This document shows, in pieces, positions 25,601 through 41,302 of a stretch of 64,000 bases of DNA. The translations under genes were made by a program, and so were the position numbers. The notes beneath the pieces are model-generated. The model made no database searches. It saw only the letters and a program-made list of their open reading frames with translations, and was not told the origin of the DNA. Each line of letters begins with the position of its first letter. Positions within the stretch are counted from its first letter, which is position 1. This DNA is from Lama glama. Lineage: Eukaryota. Where the stretch lies: the NCBI GenBank assembly GCA_028534125.1, contig CM052817.1:29018001-29082000 (forward strand), written 5' to 3'.

Positions 25601-27421
25601 ATTCCCCCTAAAAAACACTTTATGTTCAGCTTCTTCGTTTTCTTAGCTGAATAACCTTGGGCAACTTATCCACACATTCCCTTACTTTCTTCATCTGTTG
25701 GTACTAAAAGTACCTACCTCATAGATGAAATATATTTTATCAGACATCTCACCATCTGTTTGACGTATCATAAATATTCAGTAAATATACATTACTTTTG
25801 TTATTACTACAATTATGGAAGTAAGATGTTTTTTGGAGTTTATAGTGCAAGGTGACTCGACAACACTGACAATAGACCTAGGACTTGCAAACCCACAATC
25901 TTCCAACAGTGCTTTGTCAATCCTGCGAAGAATATCAAATACACTAAAACTCAACAAAAGCATTAGCAGTGCTTTTAGCTTGCAGTTTCTGTTTTCCTTA
26001 GAATTATTCAGACAGGATGGAGCACAGGACACAACATCTCCATGGAAATGCAGATCCCTTGAGAGAAGAGCAGGACACAGTAAGGACCCTAAGTCCTCAG
26101 TGGATCCAAAGGGGTTCCCTGGAGGAGGGTGTGTCAACAAAGAGGGCACACACACAGCCCAAGGAGCAAACAGGAAGTGAAAGTAGGAGAGAGATGAGAA
26201 CTGCATGGCTTCCAAGGTTGAAATTCTCAGAATGCTTCTTTTTTTAACAAAACAAAACAAAACAAAAAAACCCCAAAAAACTTTGATTTGATTTTTACCA
26301 TTTTTAATTATCATCACTCCTTAAAGAAATTTGTTCAGATGTAACTAATTTTCCTGTGGTATCTTTATGATTACTTAGCTTCTGAAGGGGGAGAGGTTAT
26401 ATTATCAGTTAATTTACTTCCCAGCTATCATTACAGTGATTAATGACTGGCCATACCAAGAAGTGTGCTTTTCATTTTTTTCTCATTAAAATTGTGCAAG
26501 GAATGTTGGCAGTACCAATTGTAACTTAGCAGGCATTTTGGGTTCAAGAATTCAAGAATATTTGAGAACCTTTCTGTGGATGGTTGCTCCAGTGAATAGA
26601 TTTCAAATTATGTGAAATTGGTTTCATATTAAAAGTGCTAGAGTTTGTCCTAAAAAATACATTAATTTTATTAAATTGTTTAGCAACTTGAAATTTGGAC
26701 AGAACCAGATAAGGGGAAAGACAGAAGACAAGAAGGCCCTCACTGCCGACTGATCCTATGTACTGCGCTAATGCAAAGTAATTCTCTGAGGTCAGGGTAA
26801 TCTCGTCATCCTCAAGGTGATAGAATGGGGACAAAGCTTCAGTGAAGTCAAGGGAGCATGGAGCATGGAGATATGGTTGTGGCTCAAAGGAAGGGGATCG
26901 TGGTCAGGGAGATGGTACTTCTAGTTAGAGTTCCCATCAACATACCCTCAAGGTAGGGCTACCGTCCCAGGCATCTTCCTCACTGACATCTCAAGCCCCT
27001 CAGTGCTCCTCTGTGTGCTGTCTCACTGCAGCACAGGAACCTGAGCTTCTCACACAATGGCTCAATGCGCCAAGAGTCAGGGAGAAGAAGTAGCCAGTCC
27101 TCTTAAAGGCTGGGCTTGGAACTGGCACAATGTCATCTTCCCCTTATTATACTGGTCAGATCAGTCACAAGCAGCCCAGATCCACGAAGAGGAGTAGGCA
27201 TTGTACAGAGAGGGAAAGAATTGTTGGCAGCAGCCATATTTCCTGGTAACTTCTGCACAAGGGGGTCGGGGTGGGAGGGTGGGGCTCAGTCATAAGGGGT
27301 ATGGAAAATAGTTGTTCTTGGCAGATTTAGGAAGAGACTGGAAAATTACTTGGATAAACAAGTAGTATGATGGAAACAAGCATTAACTTTGTGATAAGGT
27401 TATAAAAATGATGAGACATAG

Positions 27422-27823
27422 TGTTATGAAATGAACTGTGCTCTCCCCCCTTCCTCCAATTTATATGTTGAAGTTCAAAACTCCAGTACTTCAGAAGATG
27501 ACTGTCTTTGTGCATAGGGCCTTTAACGAGGTAATTAAAGTAAACTGAGGTCATATGTGTAGCTTTAATCCAACATGACTGGCCTTCTTATTGGAAGAGG
27601 AGATTAGGACATAGAAAACTCAGACCGAGGGAAGAACGTGTAAGAACACAGAAAGAAGTCATCCACCTGCAAACTAATGAGAGAGGTCTCGGAAGAACCC
27701 AAACTTCCTGACACCTTAACCTTGGACCTGTAGCCTTCAGAACTGTGAGAATATTAATTTCTGTTGTTTAAGACACCCAGTCTGTGGTACTTTGTGATGG
27801 CAGCCCCAGCAATCAGTAATGCA
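27422..27823 (+). mobile_element. MaLR (MLT1A/B-type) LTR
   Basis: tgttatg..gaactgtgaga..ttctgttgtttaag..cccagtctgtggtactttgtgatggcagccccagca. Confidence 0.8.
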
Positions 27824-30686
27824 ATCAGTTTCCTCAAGACACTTTACTCCACAGAAGGTGTAGACAAGGAATTAGGCATTTCTAATACATGCAACAGGGG
27901 TAGACCCGTGATGCTATGGGGACATATGAGATAGGCACTGTATTCTTAGTTTATGCTTTGTACTAGCAGAATGACCCATTGCTTTTTCTGAGGCTAAAAT
28001 GAGACATTCTACATAAAACACTGAAACATACTAGAAGCCCACTATATATAGTAGTTCTTCAGATACTTCCTTCATGCCTATTGTATACACGCATGATGTT
28101 TTCTCTCCTACCCCTGGATGGAAAAAATGCAGAAAGCCAGAGTGGAAAAGCTAAAGAATATTCCACTGACCCACCCCTGCTGGCTGCTCCCAGGTGTGGT
28201 GCCTGGCAGGGCAGCTCTGACTCATGCAAGAAAGAAGACTTTTTACAACCACATGGCTGCCAGTTCTGAAGTTCTGTGAAGCTGTATGAATGATCCAGAA
28301 TGGTTCCAATGATACTCTTAAAATATTCTGGATTGCTTCATTCTGCTCAAGTTAAAAAGAAATTTCTTAAGATTAGTTTCAATTATCATTGACAGCAAAG
28401 ATTAGTAAATAGAATTTCTCATTATTTCTTAAATAATATGAAAATGTAATGTTTCAGCAAATACTAATGGCTATTTAAGGCTATTTCATCAAAGTTTATA
28501 AATGATGAAAGGTTTATCGGAAACAGTTTATACTAAAGGGAAATTATCTTAGGAAGTCTTCCTGGAAGTGGTATTTCTAACAAGATCAGGCAAGCATTAA
28601 TGTGTGTCATTCATCAGGGAGGAGTTATTTATAGTTCTGATTTATTGTTTTAATTAAGCATTGTTTCTTAACAATATTCATGACTCAGGGCAGCTGAATA
28701 GGGTATAGGTTATAGCTATGCAAAATATTATACCAGGCTCAGTGAGTCCTTGCAGAGAAACAACCCCAGGGTCATATCCAAAGAGATATCAAACAAATGC
28801 TTTTGTAGTCAAGGTTTACAAAAATAACCCCTGGAATAAGAATATCCTTGCATATTCTAATGCACTTTTGACACAAGAAAAACCTTGCTTGTACTTGTGC
28901 GGGCTTCTCTCACCCCTGCCTGTTCAATAATGAACCCTCTGAGGGAAGTGTGTATCTACCAGGCCCACACTTTTTGCTAAATAAGGATGGATTCCCTAGT
29001 TACCGCATTTTAAAGGCGAGACAGGTTGTGGGGCCCATTTGGGTAGTGGCCTTGCTTGTTAGGGGGCTGAGGCTGTGTGCGCTTTTCCCTCCGTCAGTGG
29101 GAGGACCTTGGGCTCGTGTTTCTCACTCTTTCTGCCCTGCCAGCACTCCACCTGTAGGAAATACTTAACATGCTCCTTCTCACATGCTGCTTTTATTCTA
29201 GCTTGGCTTGTCCCTCTATGCCGAATTATACGCCATCGAATAGAGTCTCAGAAGGTTTGCTGGTGGAACAGATAAAACCCATGTTCTAAACTTGGCCCCA
29301 GAGTCTGGGAATGACACTTCAGTTACCAAAATCCTCTCCTCAGATTATCCACTCAGCTTCAAGTGCCATTTTTTTGGCATTGCTTTGTGTGATAATATCT
29401 CTACAGTGAGAGTTTAGCTGCTCAGGGTTCTACATGTGAGAGCTACATACACTACAGCTGTCTCCTTGGAAAACATAGAAAGTATCTTTATTTATTATGA
29501 TTATGATAACCTAATGATATTATGATAACCTAATGTATATTCCAAAGGTTTGGTGATACTAAGATAAGAAAGTGTTCACTAGCTTACTAATATCTTGGGA
29601 GTTTTTGATTGTAAACAACAGAAATTGACTCTGGGTAATATAAAAAGATTATGGGACTTATAAGGAGGGTATAAGACCATAGAATCAATTTGAAGGCAAG
29701 AGGACCAAGCTTGTGAAACGGGCATAATTCAAAAGAAAGCAGGCAGAAAGCATAGCTCAGCTCTTGTCGGAGAGAAAATCTAGTCTAGCAGGTTATCACC
29801 CTAATTACATATGCACTACTTCTGTTTCCATGAGTATTTCTAAGTGCCCCTCTGTCCTTGAATCACTTTATCAGGATTCCAGGTAATAAAAAGGAGTATC
29901 TAATTGGCTGATCTTTGTTCACATGCCACTAGCTTCCAGGGATCAATGAGAGGATATAACTGCCTACTTTGTTTTCTGCTTTGGGAGATGGAGAATACCT
30001 TCAATATAAAAGGGAGCTTCAGATGCTTGGTAACCAAATAAAGAAACTTCAAGAAAGATCCTCCTTCCAAATTCGTAAGATTATGTTAATATTTCTAATA
30101 ACACAAAGAATGTTGAACTGGCTTTGACACAATACCCTCACCAATTGCTCTACTACGCCAGAAAAAAAGTTTTCCACTAAGTAGGTATATCAATCAAGGT
30201 CATCATCCTTTACTTACAGTTTTATTCATGATACATGGAATAGCAAATAGTATTTCTTATGATCTCGTCCCAGAGAATTTATGACAGTTGTGCTAAATTT
30301 CCATTTACTGAGTAATTACTATATTCCAGGCGCTAGGCTAGGTATATATTTACAACATCCTATTTAGTCTTCATAAGGACTTTGCAAAATCTGTATCATT
30401 CATTTCATTTTCTGCATGAAGAAAATGATATTCAGAAAGGTACATAATGGTCTCAAAGTCACCAAGTTGTTTACATGTAGAACCAGGACTAGAATCTAGA
30501 ATTTCCTTCCTTTCTTCTTTTCTTTCTTCTACCTTAAAGTCCTTGCTCATAATAGTTTCACCACTTTGCATAACTGATCAGCAGTGTAAAAGCCCATGAA
30601 TTTCACCTTCATGAAATAAATCTAAATCTTTTTTTTTTGGATTCTCTGTGACATAGCCTGATTTGCTTTTTAAATTTAAAAATTCT

Positions 30687-31560
30687 ATGATATTGTGATT
30701 TCTAAGATATATCTATGTATTTGGTCTTCACCCCCATTTCTAGTCCAAAGTTCCTAAAGCCTTTGGAATTGATGAGTGCAATAAAATTTTTTTAATTAAA
30801 AAATAAAAAAACCTTTGGAAGTGATAATAGTACGGGTGTCTTTTTTTATGCTAATGAGGCGACTTTTAGACCTCACCTAAGCAGGTAGCCAAGAGACTCA
30901 ACCATGAAATTAGATGGTTGCAACTTTTAGTTCTACCCTCCCACTTCTGGGGAGAGGAGAGGGACTGGAAATTGAATCAGTCTACAGTGGCCAGTGATTT
31001 AATCAACTGTGACTATGTAAAAGAGCTTCTATAAACACCCAAAAGGATAGGGTTCCGACAGCTTCAGGTTAGTAAACATGTGGAGCTTTGGAAAGAGTGG
31101 CACAATTGGGGAGAGCAGCACACTTGGAGAGAGCAGGGGAGCTCCCTGTCACCGTATCTTGCCCTGCGCATCTCATCCACATGGATGTTTATCTATATCC
31201 TTTATCATATCCTTTTATAATAAACCAGTAATCCAGTAAGTAAAATGTTTCTCTGAGTTCTGTGAGCTGCTCTAGTAAATTAATCAACACCAAGGAGAGC
31301 GTCATGTGAATCTTTAATTTATAGCCACTCCTCAAAAGTACAGGTAACAACCTGGGCTTGGGACTGGCATCTGAAGCAGGGGAAGGGGCTGTTTTGTTAA
31401 GACTGAACCTTTAACCTGTGATACCCGATGCTGTCTCTGGGTAGATAGTTATGGAATTGAGTTGAATCGTCAAACTTCTTGCATGTGTCCAAGAATTGCT
31501 TGTAGGTGGTGTGGGAAATGACCCCTCCTTCCACACATGGAAATTTGGGTCCCAGAACAC
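30687..31560 (+). mobile_element. MER21-like LTR
   Basis: tgatattgtgatt..tttggtcttc..aataaaccagta..gtacaggtaacaacctggg; homologous to 48781-49610. Confidence 0.7.
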
Positions 31561-33748
31561 TCATTTAAAATCATTCCAGACTTCCACTCAGAAATGAAAA
31601 CCTACTTGAAAAGCTACGGATCCTTGATTGTGTCACTGAAAAACAGAACAGAAACTACAGCACTCTAAGAAAAAGTGGAACAGGAGATCGTCAGTGCGGC
31701 CTTACAGTTGGCATGCTTCACTGGGAATCAGAGCAGAGTAGACAAGCATCTGTCATCAAATGTTGCAAAGGCCACTGCCCCAGTTAAACTGTTGTGAACT
31801 GGGGCACTTGAGTCTGAGTAATTCAGGGCTTTTATTTTCAGCACATGTCCCCATTCATTCCAGTAGAAATGAAGGCCATCTCTTGATTTAAAAAATGTGC
31901 CATTTACTTGTTACACATAATCTATAACTTTCATCCAACCAGTAAAAACAGAAAAGTGAAAAAATGTTACATTCTCAGATAAAAGAAGTCGAAAGCATTT
32001 GAGTAAAAGGGAGAGTGAAAAATTTGCTAGGGTCTGTTCAACCAAAAGATGTATTTCTAGTTGTGTTCCCTAAATGTGCTTCCTTCCCCTTATAATTTGT
32101 TCTGTAACACGTCCTACTGGCCCCAAACAGATACCCTAGTTTATTAACCAAGGAAAATGCCTCCATTCCATACAAGCCCATACAATGCAAACGCTACTTG
32201 GAATGAGGAAAAGGACCTATATTTTGTGAGATTTTTGTATTCAAATGCTAACTAATCTGCATAGCTTATTTCAACTAGAGATCAGAAATGGACCACTTGA
32301 TCATGTACGTGCTGCTTTAGCCCTGTGAGCCACTCTGGATTCTTCCTCTATATTATTATTGTGCTATTTTTTTCCTAGCAGGTAAAGCCCTGGTTTTATC
32401 TAGGGAAAAGGGCTAATCTGAGTAGAGTAAGTGGTAGACACATTCATGGCCATGGGAAGATGCAGTAAGGTTTTTGCACAGTAACAGGCAGGGTTATGCT
32501 GTAGTTGTGAGCTCTGGAATCAAGCTCTCCTGATTCAGATCCTGGTTAGTGGCTGAGTATTGGGCAAGTAATTTAGTCGATCTGTAATTCAGTAGCTTCA
32601 TATGTAAAACAGAGGTGTGATAAGAGCGCTTCATAGAGTTATTGTGAGGACGGAGTGAGTTAATAATATAAAGCATCTAGATCAACCTATAGTAAGTCTT
32701 CAGGAAATATCAAAATTACAAAAATTTAACACATGCATTTTCTCATGTTATCATTCTTCCAAGATATTTTCACAGTTACCTAGTATTCAACCATAGAGAT
32801 GAAAAATATTTGACTTCCCTCACTGCCTGTTGTAGTATATTTTTAGACCATTTTAAATTTTTCACAGTTATGCATTTGTTTATTTTTTTCAAATTAACCT
32901 TAAAATCACTTTGCCAACTTCAAGAAAAATACTCCTAGAATTTTAATTGGAATTATATTAAGCCTATACATTTATTATGAGGAGGTTCTTTTGCAAAGTC
33001 GAGTTTTCTCATCCCGAGATACACTATTTCCTGTCTACATATCTAATCTTCTTAAAAATTGCCTCTAATGTTTTATAATTATTTTCATAGTGGTTATCTA
33101 TATTTATTTTTATATTAATTCTTACGTATTTCATAATTCTGCCATTGGGAACTATTAAATAGAATTTATTTTTATTTCTTGCTGTTATGAAATATTTAGT
33201 ATTTTGTTTATGTGGCTTTTTATACAGATGTTATAATTTTTCATAGTAAAGAAATCAAGATTTTTGGGGTGTAACTGTTTTTATACACAGAAAAAAATGT
33301 GAACCTAAATCCTGAATTAAGAGCAATTTTTACCTGTAACTTTTTTTAAAAAAATAAAGCACTTTCTAAAAGGTAGAAATTTTAAATCCATAATGTAAAA
33401 GTACCTCTAAGAAATAGGATGATGTCATAGAGAAATCTAGCTTCATCTCCCTTAAACAAAGAGCCAGTAAGATCATCTTAGTCCAAACAGAAAGAGCAAG
33501 AACTTAAGAAGACTCCATGCTTCATTAACAGGTTCATTAATGAGTTAAAAAAGTACAGAAGTCTAACATTTATCACAGCCCTGCATTCTTTTCTACACAT
33601 TCCTCCTTAGCACTCTTCTCATATTTCTGTAGTTGTCTTGTTTATTTATTGTTTACTTGTTTGTTGTCTATTTTCCCCCCACTCCCAATGTAATTCATAT
33701 TAGGGCTGCAGCCTTGGTTGTCTTGTTTATTACAATGATCAACACCCA

Positions 33749-34257
33749 CTGTAGGAGAGAAAAAAAAATTCTCTTCTTCCCTTCTAGGTTCTTTGGCTGG
33801 CCAAATAATTAAATTTGACCCTAAGACAGTCAATTGACAGGAAATATATTTGACATAAGATAGATAAACAGGAGAAAACAAATTTAATGTCATATATATA
33901 GGAGACTCAAAAATATGAGACCCAAGAATAAGTCAAGCAGTTGACTGTGCCATCCTGAGCTAAGGAATGGGGCAGGAGTCTGGAGATTCAGAGGGGAGGA
34001 GGGTCATTCACAGGACAATCACAGGAGCAGATGTTTGGTAATTAGATATCTGCCCTACCATTAAGATAGGTCTTTTGAATAAAAAGTTAGCTCTGGAAAT
34101 AACCCTCTTTCTGGGCCAGGCAACCTGTCTAAATTATTTTAGGTAGTTAAGGGAGAAGTAAAATTGTTTTGAGTTTGCTGGGTCTTGGTTGCCTTCAGCT
34201 GAAAATAATTCACATGCCACAGTGACATATTTGGGGGTCACATTCTGCTCCCCCTCA
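33749..34257 (-). mobile_element. ERV1-type solo LTR
   Basis: tgtaggagag..ctgctcccctca; TG..CA ends, about 510 bp. Confidence 0.55.
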
Positions 34258-34274
34258 CCAATCACAATCTCATT

Positions 34275-35950
34275 TGTTCATTCATTCATTCATTCAATAA
34301 ATATGTGTTAATCTCCTATTCTTTGTCAGAAACTATTATATATAAACAAGGACTCTGGCTTCAAAGTGTTCAGAGATTGAAATCAAAGAGGAGAGAAAGA
34401 AAGAAAAGAGGTAAATAAATAATTTCAGGTAATTGGAAGAACTACTGAGGTATAAGTTGATGGAATAGATTGAGCAAAGTGGGGAGGGGTACTACGTCAG
34501 GAAGAACAGCCAGTAAAGGCCTCTCTAAGGAGGTAAAATATGAACAGACCTGACTGATATGAAAGATGTGTAGGGAGAATGTTGCAGGTACACTGAATGA
34601 GTATAAAGGTCCTGAGGTGGATAAACTTGGCGGTCTGAGAAGCAGCAATAAAACCAGTGAACAGCAGAGAGAATGGAAAGAGAAGAGGTCAGGAAAGCAG
34701 AATATGGTCAGTCAGATCCTTCTTCCCTCAGCTGGAGCTTCTCAGACTTTGTTGAGGCATGCACATCGTCTGGAATCTTGTTACAATGCAGACTGATTCA
34801 GTTGATCTGGGGCAGGGGCTGCAATTCTGAATTCCTAACAAGCTTTCAGAGGAAGCTGGGTACCGCTCGTTGAGTAGCAAGCTTCTGAGCAATAAAAAGG
34901 AGGTTGGATTTTATTGTAAATATGAGTGAAAAATCATAAAAGGGTCTTGGACTTGGGATGACACAATTTATTTACATTTTGTAAAGGATCATGAATGCTG
35001 CTATGTGTAGAAAAGCCTGTTGGGGAGACAGTGTAGCAGCGAGAAACCAGTTAGGAGATGGCTTCAGTCAAGCAACAGGTGATGGTAGTGTTGGCAGTGA
35101 AGGCACTCAGGAGACATGGTCAAATTTGGGATATATTTTGACTATAGACTCAACAGGATTTTCTGTGGATTAGATGTTGGATGTCAAAGTAAAAGAGTGA
35201 TGAAGACAGACTACTAGTTTTTTAGAGTGAACAGCTGGGTGATTTGTGATTCCTGTTGTAGAGGTGAGTAAGTTGGGAGGAGGAACAAAACAGAAGCAAG
35301 GGTTTGGTTTCAGATATGCTATTTTTGAGAGTATTATATTAAAAATCAAATGAAAGTATTAAGTTATATACCTATAAAGAGCTCAAGGGAGAGGTGGAAA
35401 TTTGGGAGTCATCAGATTTTAAAGCAATGCAATTGAGTGAGTTCATCTAGCAAGTGAGTACAGACAGAGAGGAAACTTGAGAGTTGAGAAGAGGAAGAAA
35501 AACTAGCCAAGGGGATAAAGAAGGAGCCAATAGTGAGGTAGATAAAAATGGACGAAAAGACAAAAGCCTAGTAAAGAAGTGCTTCAGCATGTGGGGTGGA
35601 GGAAATTGGTGAGGAGGGAAATCAAATACCTCTGGGGGTTTACACAACATGAATGAATGAGAGTTGACCATTGGATTTAGCAAGATGTAGAGGTTGTTGC
35701 TGATTTGACAAAGGTGGTCTTGGTGAATAGAGTGATGAAATTTTGACTGCAAAAAAGAGAAGTCATAGTGCTAAAGTGGAACCAGAGACAATGGCCACCC
35801 TTTCAAAGATTTTTGCCACTGAGAAATGAGCCATAACTGGAGAGTGATGTTGAGCCAAAGGATTTTTATTTTAAGATAAGAGATATTGAAACATGTTTAT
35901 GTGCTGATATGAATGATAGGTCAAGAGGAAAACACTGGTTACACAGGTGG
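34275..35950 (-). mobile_element. L2 fragment with nested MER5-like element (~34730-34880)
   Basis: (TTCA)n tail followed by purine-rich L2 body; nested ttctcagactt..ctggaatcttgttacaatgcagactg..aattcctaacaagc. Confidence 0.7.
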
Positions 35951-36689
35951 AGGGGCTGCATGTGGAGAGGAAAAGAAGTGAAAAGAGAGAATGTGTGACA
36001 AGAGGGAGTGTGTGTGTGTGTGCGTGCGCGCACATATACATAAACATATATACACATTTGTCTATAAAGATGCATGTAGGTTGACATATCTTGTGATGGG
36101 AAGATGCATTTTTCTCCTGGATATTTCTTTCAATGAAATAAGAAAGGTCATCAACTAACAGTAAGAAAGGCATATTGCAGATTTGAGCAGTGAAGAAATG
36201 GTGTGTCACAATCATTTCAGAAAGTGAGAAAGCAAATTTATAGGGTAATGTAATAGGACTCAAAAGGCAATACTGAGCAGCCATTTAAGATACAGTAATA
36301 TAATTAAAGAGAAACAAGTTGGATTTCCTCCAGTTACCTTCATCTATTTAGGGAGCAAATGGCAAGGTTACTGAGGATGTATGTATTCAAGGGAGAACAT
36401 ATAGTAACGGACCATACATCTAAACCAAGTAAGAAGGAAGTGAGAGCTTGAAAAAGTGGTGAGTCAATGCGTTGTTCACATGGGACCAAACAACAGTTGT
36501 GAAAGTAAATGAATTGAAAGACAGGAGATTCTTTGACTCTCAGGTAAATAAAACCCTAAATAGCCCTCCCCTACAATTCTCCACAGGTGCTGGACAATGT
36601 GACTTTAATCACTTGCGCACAGCCTGAGTCATCATGAAGTTTTCTGAAAAGACTCACTGCAGATTTCCTTTACCCAGTCAGCCTATGAT

Positions 36690-36695
36690 TTTATT
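36690..36695 (-). promoter_or_regulatory. YIPF7: Candidate YIPF7 polyA signal
   Basis: AATAAA on the minus strand about 300 nt downstream of the stop codon. Confidence 0.4.
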
Positions 36696-36990
36696 TACTC
36701 ACAATTTCTCAGAAATACATCTATCGAGAAAAGCAGGGTCCATCAGTACAACTATCTTCCTTTATAAAGCATTCTAAACTGTTTTAATGCACCAACCCAA
36801 AAGCAAATCATCATTCAAACCAAACAGCCTATTAGAGCCCCATCCTTAAGTGCTGTTTTGTCTCTCTGCTTATTATTCTCTCAACAGCAATAAAATAGAA
36901 ATCATATTACCAAATTTGAATGCTAATACATTTCCAGGATAATCTGCACAGCAAACAAACAGAATCCTGTAATGCTGTCTCAAACGCTCT

Positions 36991-37182
<192 letters not shown>

Positions 37183-39625
37183 TTACACCTGGAGAAAAAG
37201 AGATTATTGAACCACAGCTGCCTCTGGAATGTCCTTGGTGCAATATTTATAACGACTTTCTCCATTTGTAAAATGAGAGTGAGGAAATAAAAAACTCAAA
37301 GGCCTCAGCCAGTCAGAAAATTTTTGAGTCAGGTTCACGAACAGAAGCTAAATATTGTATAGATCAGTAAAACTCAAGTTAATACAAACAGAAGAACTGA
37401 CCTGCAGTCACTCTCATATGTTAATATTTCAAATCCCAACTTCTGAAATTCTTCTATGTAAACAGTTTAGAGGGTTTTTTTTTATAGCTACAGATTTCTT
37501 TGCCCCATTTTCTTCCTGAATTTACCTGCAATATGAGCAGAAAAATAACTGGCCTTGCATTCCAGCGGGGTTCCTACTCCCTAGTCTCCCAGGTCCGTTT
37601 CCAGGTTTCTATCTGAGACAGCAAAGCCTCACGAGGCTCATGTAGGGGAGGCACTTGATGTGTGTGGCTCCTACCTCATTGCTAAAGATCCCTTCGGTTG
37701 GTGTTCATGTGGATTATAATAATATTGAGATCTATTTGTTCAAATTGGTGTCTTCAAAAGGAACTGTGGAGGCAATTGGTTCTTTAGGGAGAAATGGGAA
37801 TAGACTGACTTGACAAAAATTGCACAGTAAAATGGGCACTAGGTCCAGAACTGCGACTCCGGGCAGAGAGTTCTAGTCACCACCAACTCCACTGCCTCAC
37901 CTGATCCTGGTTGAACCTGAAATTGAGAATTGTGTTTCTTATTTGTGAGAAGGACAAACATACCTCCTTTTAATAATTGAACCAAAGCAAAATAAGTGAA
38001 AAAGTGTACAATATAGTTTATAATGCCTTAGATTATAAATAAATAAATAATATTTCAAGATACTTTAATTAATATTTTATTTATTGGTTTCATTAATCTC
38101 TGTTAAAAATAAAATTTAGAGTGATTACATTTACAGGTTTTTGTGAACAAAAATGTGAGATTATACATGATTAATTTGAATGTTACAGTAATATGCCCTA
38201 AAAGGCAATTTCAGTCTAATGGTCTTAGGGGTCAAATAGTTTATTCTTCATTAATAAAATTCAAAGGATTTCTAAATTTTTACATTTCAGAATGAAAATC
38301 TAATGCAAAAGGTCCAGACTTCTGATGATTCTCAAAATTTAGGACTTTTTTTTATCTTCTTTCCCTAATAATCTGGAGCCATTTAAGACACCCCAAAGCT
38401 CAACGTTGCTAGAAATAATGTCTAAAACTTAGAACTTTTCAATGGCGGATCATTATAGTATTCTTTGGCAAAAGCATCAGACAAAATAGAAGTTGTAAAA
38501 CTGAACTCTGTAGTAACTCATCAGACATCCGTACCAAACAAAGTAGTAAACAGAATAGCTTGCTAAAGAACATGATATAAAAAAGCGGAATTTTTCCATG
38601 GACAAGACAATAAATATACCTATAACTCACATCGTATTTACACATTCAAGGTTTCCATTTTCTGTTGTATTCCTTTTTTTCACTCTCTGGTAAACTAAGG
38701 GTTTGCTCTATGCTATTCTCAAGGATGCCGCTTTCAAAGTGAAACCATATTAAAACAAAAAAAGCATTTCCCTCAATAACATAATGAAGAAATTATTTGA
38801 GATTTAAATGAAAATATTAAAGGCTTTCTAAAATGTTTACCTTTGCATTGGCAAATTCTTTATGTAATACCCTAATCCAATGTTAATAACCTAAAACTTG
38901 GATCACCCACAGAAAAATCTGAATTGTGTCTCCTTTGGATGTGGAAGAATGCACACTGATGGCAAATGTTTATTTCTAATTGTGTTTGGAGCGTGGCAGG
39001 TGCAAAGGGCTATGTGATTACTTGCTGTCCTCAACCAAAGTGGTAGTGATGTGCAAATGCCTGGGGGACGTGCCCCACAGAAGCATATCTACTGGATCCT
39101 TATTAATATTTTTGAATTGCAAATCCTAACGGCACAGGAAGTAAAAAAGAAAAAAAAATGACTGAGCATATATGCCATGAAGTTCTCTAGCATTAATATC
39201 CTCATCAGGGTTCCTAGGGATTCTGCACTCCAAGGAGCCCAGCTGAGAAGAAACAGTTGCTTCCCTCGTAGAAGCCAGAGTGCCTGGGAGCTGAAGCAAT
39301 TTGTCTTACTCCTCCAAATTCAAACAAGTGAATTTTCTGTATTTGGTATATGACCGATGACAGTAGTTCACATTGAAGAATGCGACAACTTACAAAGTGC
39401 CAGATTTGAAGATAACTTGGTTTAATTTCTTTTTTAAATCATTGAAATAGGAACTGCACCTAAGCCAAAACTGACCTACTTTCCCAACTCTCTATGTGGC
39501 TTTTAATAGCCTGTTTACCCAATTCCACTACCAAAATGATCAGAAAGAGGTTGACCGTCGCATGGGTGTGGCAAGCCTGAGCGATGATTGTGCACATGGG
39601 GTCAATTAGCGCCCACAGACACTCA

Positions 39626-39850
<225 letters not shown>

Positions 39851-40204
39851 TCAAGAAGATATCAGAATGTCAACAAAGCAGAGAGTAGTTTAGAATTAAT
39901 CGGCTCAAGGCTGTTTGTATCTTTGTCAGATAAGCATCAGGAGACTGGGGAGTTCTGGAAAAAACACTGGCTACAATACGGATTCACGTCGTGAAAACAG
40001 ACACCCCAACTATACATGGGATGGCACAGGCATGCTATAGAAAAGACAAAATATTTCTAGGTTAAATTTTTTTGTCGTAGATTGCCTATTAAGGGTACCA
40101 GGCACAAGTAAGGATGTATCTTCTCCCCATATTTGTTGAATAATTAAAAGAATGAATAAATTAATGAAAAAAATCTCAACTTAGTCTTGGAGATTTACAA
40201 GACG

Positions 40205-40420
40205 TATTCATAGTATCAGCAGAAACCTAAGCATTTCACATATACTGATTTATCTAATCTACACAACAACATAATGAGTGGGTACCATTACTGTACCCAT
40301 TATACAACATGAGGAAACTGAGGTGCAGAGAGGTGAAATAAAGTGCCCAAGGTAAAATAATGCTAAGTAGTGGAGCTCGGCTTTGAACCCAGGCAGCCTG
40401 GCTCTAAAATTTAGGTCCTT
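40205..40420 (-). mobile_element. MIR
   Basis: MIR core gaggaaactgaggtgcagagagg..tttgaacccaggcagcctggctc. Confidence 0.7.
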
Positions 40421-41225
40421 ACCTTTGGCAGGAGCTCTCGTAAATTCTAAAACAATGGAATTTATTTAACCTTACTTAACCCAGCATATCCCAAACTTAT
40501 CTGACCTGCAGAATCCTTTGTTTTCATAATGCCTATTACTGGTTTGACTGAACAGACCTTTTGAAAAGCTGACTTGTGTAAATCGGTGGGTAATGAATCA
40601 CAAAGGAAGTATTGTTAAAGGAAGTCAGTAGTGCTAAGGATATACCACTGATCTTGTGAGGAGTCAGAAAAATAGCCACCATCCACAGAACACTGGAGAC
40701 TAGTCACTGAAGTAGCTCCATTTAACTCACCCAGGGAAGGTCACAATCTACTACTGATTCAACAGGGGCTGTTAGATGTTTGCAACCTGAGAATGCCGAA
40801 GCTCCAGGAAAGAATACTTATACATACATTAAGCTGCTTATGTATGCATTAAGCTGGTCAGAAATTAAAGAGAAAACTTGAGGAGGCTGACTCCGATTTT
40901 CATGGGAATTACACAAAAACAACGATGAATCTGGTAAATTGATTGTGAGAGAACTTTTTTAGCTGTCCTTTTTTTCCCTCTTCCATAGCTATTATCCATG
41001 AAGTCCTTATGTCTCACAGAATAAAGAGATATTTATTTTGCAGTTAATTAATGGAGAATATTATGACCATTTTTAATGTTAAAGATTGCCCACCTATTTT
41101 GAATTTTTCTTCCTCTGCAGTTGGGGAAATTGAACACTACTAAGGCCTTTCACAAAATGTCCCTGGGCTGTATGCGGCAGGATGCTCTGCTGCATTAGCC
41201 ATAAGTCCTTCTGAATATTTTGTGA

Positions 41226-41302
41226 AATAATGCTAATAATGCTAATAATGCTAATAGGCATGCTAAATAATGCTAAATAATGCTAATAATGCAAATAGGC
41301 AT
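41226..41302. repeat. Imperfect 9-10 bp tandem repeat (AATAATGCT)n
   Basis: Directly visible. Confidence 0.85.

Noticed and set aside
25778..26317. 179-aa minus ORF and overlapping plus ORFs
   Set aside because: No recognisable homology or exon context, and the N-terminus derives from a simple repeat.
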